Shown: positions 57,351-64,000 of the stretch, one piece after another
Numbering within the stretch: the stretch's first letter is position 1
How the letters are laid out: the number at the start of each line of letters is the position of its first letter
DNA from: Blasia pusilla
Taxonomy: Eukaryota
Assembly (NCBI GenBank): GCA_050084515.1
Contig: CM114271.1
Location: 30,194,001-30,258,000, forward strand
Reading direction: 5' to 3'
DNA length: 64,000 bases
Position numbers and translations under genes: made by a program
The notes under the pieces: generated by a model
Databases searched by the model: none
Seen by the model: the letters and a program-made list of their open reading frames with translations, nothing else
Told to the model about the DNA's origin: nothing

Positions 57351-60300
57351 ACATCATGAAATTTCTTCTATGAAATTTTTGAACTTATGTACATATGTTA
57401 TCATGGAGAGAATATAAGCATCCTTCTTCTCCCATGTAGGAATGCTGAAAGGGGTTCTTGGTCTGGGCTCTTTCACTTCACACATGTCCAAGCATCTTTT
57501 TAAGGTATATTTGCATACTTTGCTTCCATGCACAGAAGCATGTCTTGGTATGTTGGCAACATGAAGCTGTGGCATTGTGACCTTTGAAAATGTCAATTTG
57601 AGACTTATACTCCTATTAAGTAGATAATTTTTTAAATAAAAAATTATTTAAATGATAGTATCTTGAATGATATTATTCAACAAGATCGAATGTGGTACTT
57701 TCCTTGGATTTTTTTTTTCAAATTTCTCTTTGAATTTGGGATACAAGACCTTACAACATGCCTAATCGATTGACCCTTCTGCACGGATCTTTCTAATACG
57801 CAGGTCCATTTATAAATGAAATTTATTCATGCATATATATCGAAATCACGCAAAAAAATCAAAATGAAAATGGCTCATATGGCCAATTCTACTATCGAAT
57901 CTTTATTGGCATATCGAACCACATTCACCCTCTGCTTGGAGGGAATGTAGATGTTAACACCCTAGTTCTTACTTCACATCAATAAGAGAAGAAAAGTTGC
58001 ATGTGGAAAAAGTCCCTGTCCACGGATATACATATGTCCATGTTTGTGGATTTACGTATGTCATATGGAAGGACTTGTCTATGGGCCCCACCTTCCCTTT
58101 ATTTCTCACTCCCCCATTTGCCTTCGTGTTCCATACTCTTTTGTTTCTTCCTTCCTCCACCTTCACTCTCTCCTCCCTTATTAACCCACACGCTCTTGCA
58201 TTGCCTTCCATCATGAACTATAAGTATGGGTCTCATTTCTTTCAATTCATGAGCGTGGACATGTCCATACTTGTCCGTCCAAAGGACATAATTGTGTGTT
58301 TTTGTGCAACCATGAAGAGAGGTGCTCCAAAGGCCAAATATGAGAAAGATGGCTTGGGAATTCCATCTCTCCCTTTCTTATAGCCTTGGGAAATAGCCAT
58401 CCCACTAGTAACCTACGTGCGTAGGTTATTGGATGACCGTCGACTCGGTCAACGGGTCACATGACTGACTAAGATCAAAATAGGGAATCTTCAAAAACAA
58501 TATTCCCAATAGAACAGACATGTCGCCAACCTCATCTGACATCTCAAAACAAAGTTACACCGAAACAACATGCTGTCCTTCTATGCCGTCGACACGATAT
58601 AACTTTGTATATCGGCTAAGTTAAACGAAGATGTGATATCTTTAGGGGGAGACTCTACCTACTTGATGATGGCTAATCTTTGATTACCACTTGGTGGTCA
58701 CAAGTTGAGTCAACACTGTTACTAGCTACCATCATGATAAAGATACTTACAAAACTAGTCACTTAAGTTAAGCAGTGTAGAACCCGTAGCTTGCATAGCA
58801 ATAAATGAAAAAAATATTTTCTTATCTCCCATAATATGAGAATTGTTTTTGGCCATATATCAAATAGAGGGATGTTTGCAAATAAAAAATTCACTCTCCA
58901 ATAACAGTATAAATATTCTTCCATGAATATATGATGGATTCCTCCATTTCTATGATTCTATTTGCTTTCATTATGTGATTTCATTTATTTAATTTCAAGT
59001 TTCCATAGAGATAAGTTTATTTAATTTTCCTTTCTTTTAGTATTTATAGAGAGAAATTATTGCATATTTTATTCTCTCCTAATTTCAAACCCAAGTTCTT
59101 CCACTACACTCTATTTCATATAGGTATATCTAATTATCTAAGGGATCAATAATTGTTTTTTTGAAAAGGAAGAAGCATGGATTTACTAATTTCCAACTGA
59201 TTTTCTTTACACAAAAATGCTTCATTTCTTTGCAAGTAGGAATTATCTAAAAGTTATACCTTTTAGAGTATTTCTACTCCTCCAATTATAATATAGATAT
59301 AGATGTTTTCGTGGGTAGAAATAATAAAATATAAATATTTCACTTTTATTTATGGAAATTTATTTAGAAGCTTGAGTGCTTGCGAAAAGATAAGATGCGG
59401 AGATTTTTGTGACGATGGAGGCCATGTGGTAGTTATAATTAAATTAGGTCATCATAAGGAAGGGGAACCTTTTGTTAATAGATTACTAATGGGCAGTCTG
59501 CGCCATGCACGGGATTGAAAGGATTAATCATTTTCACACAAGATATTTTTCTTGTCGTCCGTAGAGGAGGAAACATTTTCTTGTTTTTATGTTATCACTC
59601 GTCAAATAAAAAGGTATTTGCAAATCAAGAACAAACTTCAATAATAATAATATAAATAAAAAGAATAAAAGAGGACAACCATTAAAATCACGAATTTCTT
59701 TTTGCGTAAAGAATCTAGTGGGCTTCATCCCTCCATGAATCTGATAGGTTCCTAGTTCGTTGTTTTAACTTAAGCCATGCAAGCTTGGGAATGGAGGCCA
59801 CCCCCAAACTAGGAGATCCCAAAGTAAGCAAGACCAATAGTAGGGGATGGCGGCGGGAGGGAACGGCGGAGCTCTACGGGATGGTGGCGGGGATGAGAAG
59901 GACATTGATGGTGGGCTGGAGGATGGAGGGGGGTCGTGTGTTATATCAAAACGGAAATACCGACTTCCTCTACGTTTTGATCCGTAGCGTCAATCTTCTA
60001 GTGAAGTATTTTTCATTTAATTTTGTTTTGTAGATTTTTGTTGTTTTAGGGTTTATCATGTAGGTATTAGGGTCCTCTTTGTTGTCTCGTTTGGTTGTAA
60101 TGTTTTGAATGTTTCCAAGACAACTCATGTTGTTATTCCACACCACCCTTTTTTTTTTCTTTTTCTTTTTTTTCTCTATGTCCTTATTCACGTTCCTCAT
60201 TCACGTTTGACCCATGTTTTTCTCCCTTATCCCACTCTATTCCCATCTATTTTTTCCATCTATTCTTTTTCCATATCACTAGTACCTCCATACTATCTCT

Positions 60301-60564
60301 ACATTATTTTGGGAAGGGGTTGGGCCATATGTCATAGGTGAAGATGGTAGATGAGAGTTCATACTAGGGAGAGCATTTCCGTGGACGGGAAGAGAGTCGA
60401 TTACCATTAGGGCTAGTTCGAATGGGGGTTGTGGGGCGGATTTTGGTGGGGTTTGTCTCTCGAGTTTGACGGAGGGGGTCATGTTCTCTTCTTGGTGAGA
60501 GGTGTCCATGCCTTGACCCGCATCGGCCCCTCGCATAGGGGCTCGTGTGTCGTCTAGCCGGGAT

Positions 60565-63500
60565 ATGAAATGCCCTTGTTGTCCCGAATTCTTCACTCGT
60601 TCAAGAATTCGGAACCATTTAGCGGCTAAACATCCTGGCTTTGATAGATTCGGATGGGTGGTTCCTCCAGTTGATCATGGATGCTCACTGGTGCTTCATG
60701 CATCATCGCCCCCTCCCAAGGCATGAGAGTGGTTGAGGTCCCACCTTGGCAGCATCACAAGTCTCTTTGAGACCCGTTTTCCCTGCCCGAGGTTGTTTCA
60801 TAGGATCCCCCATGCTATTCGGGATGAGCTTCGCCAATATTTCCTCCTTCCCTTATCTAGGATCGCACTTGATCCTATGGATGATCTCTCGTGGTATCTA
60901 ATACTTCTCCTTCCACGATGGTGTCTTCGCTATACCCGAGGAGGGAAGGCTGGTCATAGAGAGGTTGTGGCCCGATTGCGGCGCTTCCGAGGAGGTGATT
61001 GGGAGTCTCTACAGAGCGAGTTCGTGGCATATGCCAGAGGTAGCACTCCACGTGGTTTCCCAGCAGACGATCTTGTAGCTGCCAGATTGCGACGATGTAG
61101 GAGACTTGGGCGAGCCGGGGAGTACTCGCGAGCGGCTTGTGCGCGGGTTGATCCCTTGGGTGGTGCATTGTTTACTTTGGCTCTTTATCGAGCGGTTCTT
61201 TCTACGGTGAAGGCTTTCCAAGGTTGCATTTTCCCTTCGTTGGCAGATGATACTCACATTGTCGGCCCTGGAGACTTGGTTGTTCCTGCATTTCAGCACT
61301 TTTCAGCATAGTTGGCACACGTCGGCCTCCCGGTGAAGGTGGGAAAGTGCAAGGCTTGGTCTTCATTAGGCTTGTCAGCGGATATTCATTTACTCGACGG
61401 TTTTTTGACACATGCTGGAGGGCTTCGCGTCTTGGGAGTCCCACTCGGGAGCCAGGACTTTGTATCGAGTTTTGTGGCGGCGGCTCTTACCGAGGATCTT
61501 CTTCATGTCGATGATCTCACAAGGATTGGTGACCCTCAAGTAGCTTATGGAATCCTCTCGTCATGTTTTGCCCGTAGACTTGGTTATCTGTGTAGAACCA
61601 TGTGGGCGAGTAGCCATATTTCTTCCTTGTAAAGATCCTTTGATAGAAAGATTATGCAGGCGTTTGGGGATCTTCTAGGACCCGGCTCATTAGAGTGCCC
61701 CGTGGGGGAGTTAGCTCGTAGACAGGCTTCTTGGCCGATTGCCTTTGGTGGAGTAGGTCTCATAGCGACTGAGTTAGTGGCGTCTTCAGCCTTTTTAAGG
61801 AGTTGGGCCACTATAGCACCCCTCCTTTGCTCCCGATTTTTGGTTAGGGATAGACCGCTACTTTTACAGTACCTTTCCCAGGTTGAGGATGGTCTTTTCC
61901 CACTTCAGTCTTCACTCACAACTTGTAGAGACTCCCTTCTTGTTGAGGCTAGAGCAGTTCTTCCCGCTTTCTCTTCCCTAGTTACCTCCGGACAGTCTGG
62001 GCTCCAATCTTCTTTGATGGAAGCCCACTTTGATGCACTGTTTAGAGCTACTATGTCGGACGGGAATATCCCCGTGGAGGTTCGGGCCTGTATTCGCTCT
62101 TGATCCAGAGAGGGGGCAGGCTCGTGGGTGGGGGCTCGTCCCCTCATCCCAGCTTTCCGCATCGCACCACTTACCTACACTACAGCGATGAGGTTCCGAC
62201 TTGGCCTGCCCCAACTAACGGTGGTTGGTTCGACACATTGCGAGTGTCGCCGGAGTCTGGATCCACTTGGTGTGCATTTGGCACGGTGTCCAGTTGGGGG
62301 TGAGAGGATAGCCACTCACGATGCAGTGCGGGATATTATGTTCTCTATTGCTCGGGAGAGTGGATTCCATGTACAAAGAGAGAGGCACTACTCCATGCGG
62401 AATTCCCTTATCCGTGCTGATCTCTACATGACGAGGGAGTTTGAGGTGGTGGTATGACTGATCCTACGCGGGAGGCGGTGCGAGCTCAAGTGGTAGCACA
62501 AGGGAGATTGCTACAAGGAGTAGCGGCGGCGGCAGCGGCGGTCAAGAAGACCCACATTTATAGTCGACTTCATGACGGACATCGATTTATCCCCCTGGCC
62601 ATTGAGATGTACGGGGCGATGGGGGAGAGGTTTGACTCGTTCCTTACGGATTGCGCCCATCATCTCCAGTTGAGAAATGGGTTGTCCTTAGCCACTGCGA
62701 TACTTTATTGTAGGCAACGGGTCTCCATAGCTTTGCAGCGCGCCCAGGAAAATGGGCTTCTGCGGCGGGCTCAGGCGGTTGGAGACGCCAATGCTAGAGG
62801 CCCACTTAATAGTAGTCATAGTTTTCTAGGAGTGTCGCCGGAGTCTGGATCCACTGGGTGTGCATTTGGCACGTTGTCCAGTTGGGGGTGAGAGGATAGC
62901 CACTCACGATGCAGTGCGGGATATCATGGTCAGTATTGCTCGGGAGAGTGGCTTCCATGTGCAGAGAGAGAGAGGCACTACTCCATGCGGGATTCCCTTA
63001 TTCGTGCTGATCTTTACATGACACGAGAGGCTGAGGTGATGGTGGCGGACGTGGTAGTCACAGATCCTAGGCGGGAGGCAGTGCGAGCCCAAATGGTGGC
63101 CCAAGGGCGAATGCTACAAGGAGCGGCGGCGGCGGCGGCGGTGAAGAAGACACATATCTACAGTCGACTTCACGAGGGACACATCTTCATCCCCCTGGCC
63201 ATAGAGATGTATGGGGCTATGGGGGAGAGGTTCGACTCGTTCCTTACGGACTGCGCCCATCATCTCCACTCGAGAAATGGGTTGTCCTTAGCTACTACGA
63301 TTCTCTATTGTAGGCAGCGGGTGTCCATAGCGTTGCAGCGTGCCCAGGCTAATGGGCTTTTGCGGCGGGCTCAGGCTGTGGGTGACGCCGGCGCTAGAGG
63401 CCCACTTAATAGTAGTCATAGCTCTCTTGTTGTCGCTGATATTGTCTCTGCTGTTGGTGAGTTTCGTCGTTAGGGGGGGAATGCCCCCTTCTTCCTTTTC

Positions 63501-63790
63501 TGGTCTTGTTGTGGCCTTCAGGTTTTGACTCTTTGAGTCCCCCTCTTTTGTACTTCCGATGGGTTTTCCATCACACGTTTTTATCGAAGTGCATCTTTGT
63601 TCCTGAGGAGTTTTCTAGGTGTTGTTGATATTGTCTCTGCTGTTGGTGATTTTGGTCGTTAGGGGGAATGCCCCCTTCTTTCTCCTCGAGGCCTGTTCCG
63701 GCCTCTTGAGGTCTATTTTTAGGTCTCCATGCCCCCTCTTTTGTATCATGATGGGTTTCCCATCCTTTTTCTACATATATATTTTATTTT
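60565..63790 (+). mobile_element. CRE-like non-LTR retrotransposon (RT + restriction-like endonuclease), inactivated, with duplicated 3' ends
   Basis: One frame from 60565: C2H2 finger CPCCPEFFTRSRIRNHLAAKH, then RT motifs DPLGGALF, SLADDTHIVG, RVLGVPLG and GGVGL. Knuckle CECRRSLDPLGVHLARC, then THDAVRD, RADL, ADVVVTDP, KKTHIY, FIPLAIE.YG. Stops at 60724, 61309, 61630 and 62101. Confidence 0.85.
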
Positions 63791-64000
63791 TCTCCAAAAT
63801 AGTAGGGGATTCTAAACCGTGTTCGATAAAGCCTTTGAATTAGCGATGGGTGCCTAATTTTATCCGGCTTCCGTGCCGTGGCAAAACGACATACATATGT
63901 GAGGCCATACATGGCAATGTATACATCCATCCTTGTCATTTTGTTATCGGAGGTGCCATTGTGAGCTCTGTCCCCACACGACAGAGCTCCGTCTTCCTCT

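Noticed and set aside
58410-58427. Hairpin AACCTACGTGCGTAGGTT next to CTAG, as a minus-strand Helitron end
   Set aside because: Only 1 nt separates hairpin and CTAG, which is atypical, and there is no other support.
63963-63989. 10-bp stem-loop GAGCTCTGTC/GACAGAGCTC
   Set aside because: Real but at the window edge with no context to interpret. It is not a bacterial-type terminator in this setting.

Overview
Eukaryotic plant nuclear DNA, probably from a non-seed land plant such as a bryophyte (inferred from gene style and transposon content). I reconstructed four intact spliced genes by hand, all with GT-AG introns: RACK1 (+, 17225-18812, 316 aa), a TatD-family nuclease (+, 20708-23914, 311 aa), a Kelch-repeat NSP5/At3g07720-like protein (-, 29724-32020, 327 aa) and MCM5 (+, 46929-54760, 19 exons, 728 aa). 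The rest is mostly transposon debris: an LTR-like family in several nested copies, Copia RT and gag remnants, an RTEX-like LINE, CACTA and Helitron remnants, and a CRE-like non-LTR retroelement with stacked 3' ends. The most notable unexpected items are: (1) a decayed ~2.3 kb segment just after MCM5 that resembles the L polymerase gene of a negative-strand RNA virus, split by a perfect 17-bp hairpin; (2) a candidate C/D snoRNA in RACK1 intron 1 complementary to 18S rRNA helix 31; (3) a tRNA-Ser(GCT) pseudogene lacking half its T-arm inside MCM5 intron 12; (4) a perfect 33-bp inverted repeat in otherwise degenerate DNA. All homology calls are motif recognition by eye, with no database search, and transposon boundaries are approximate.
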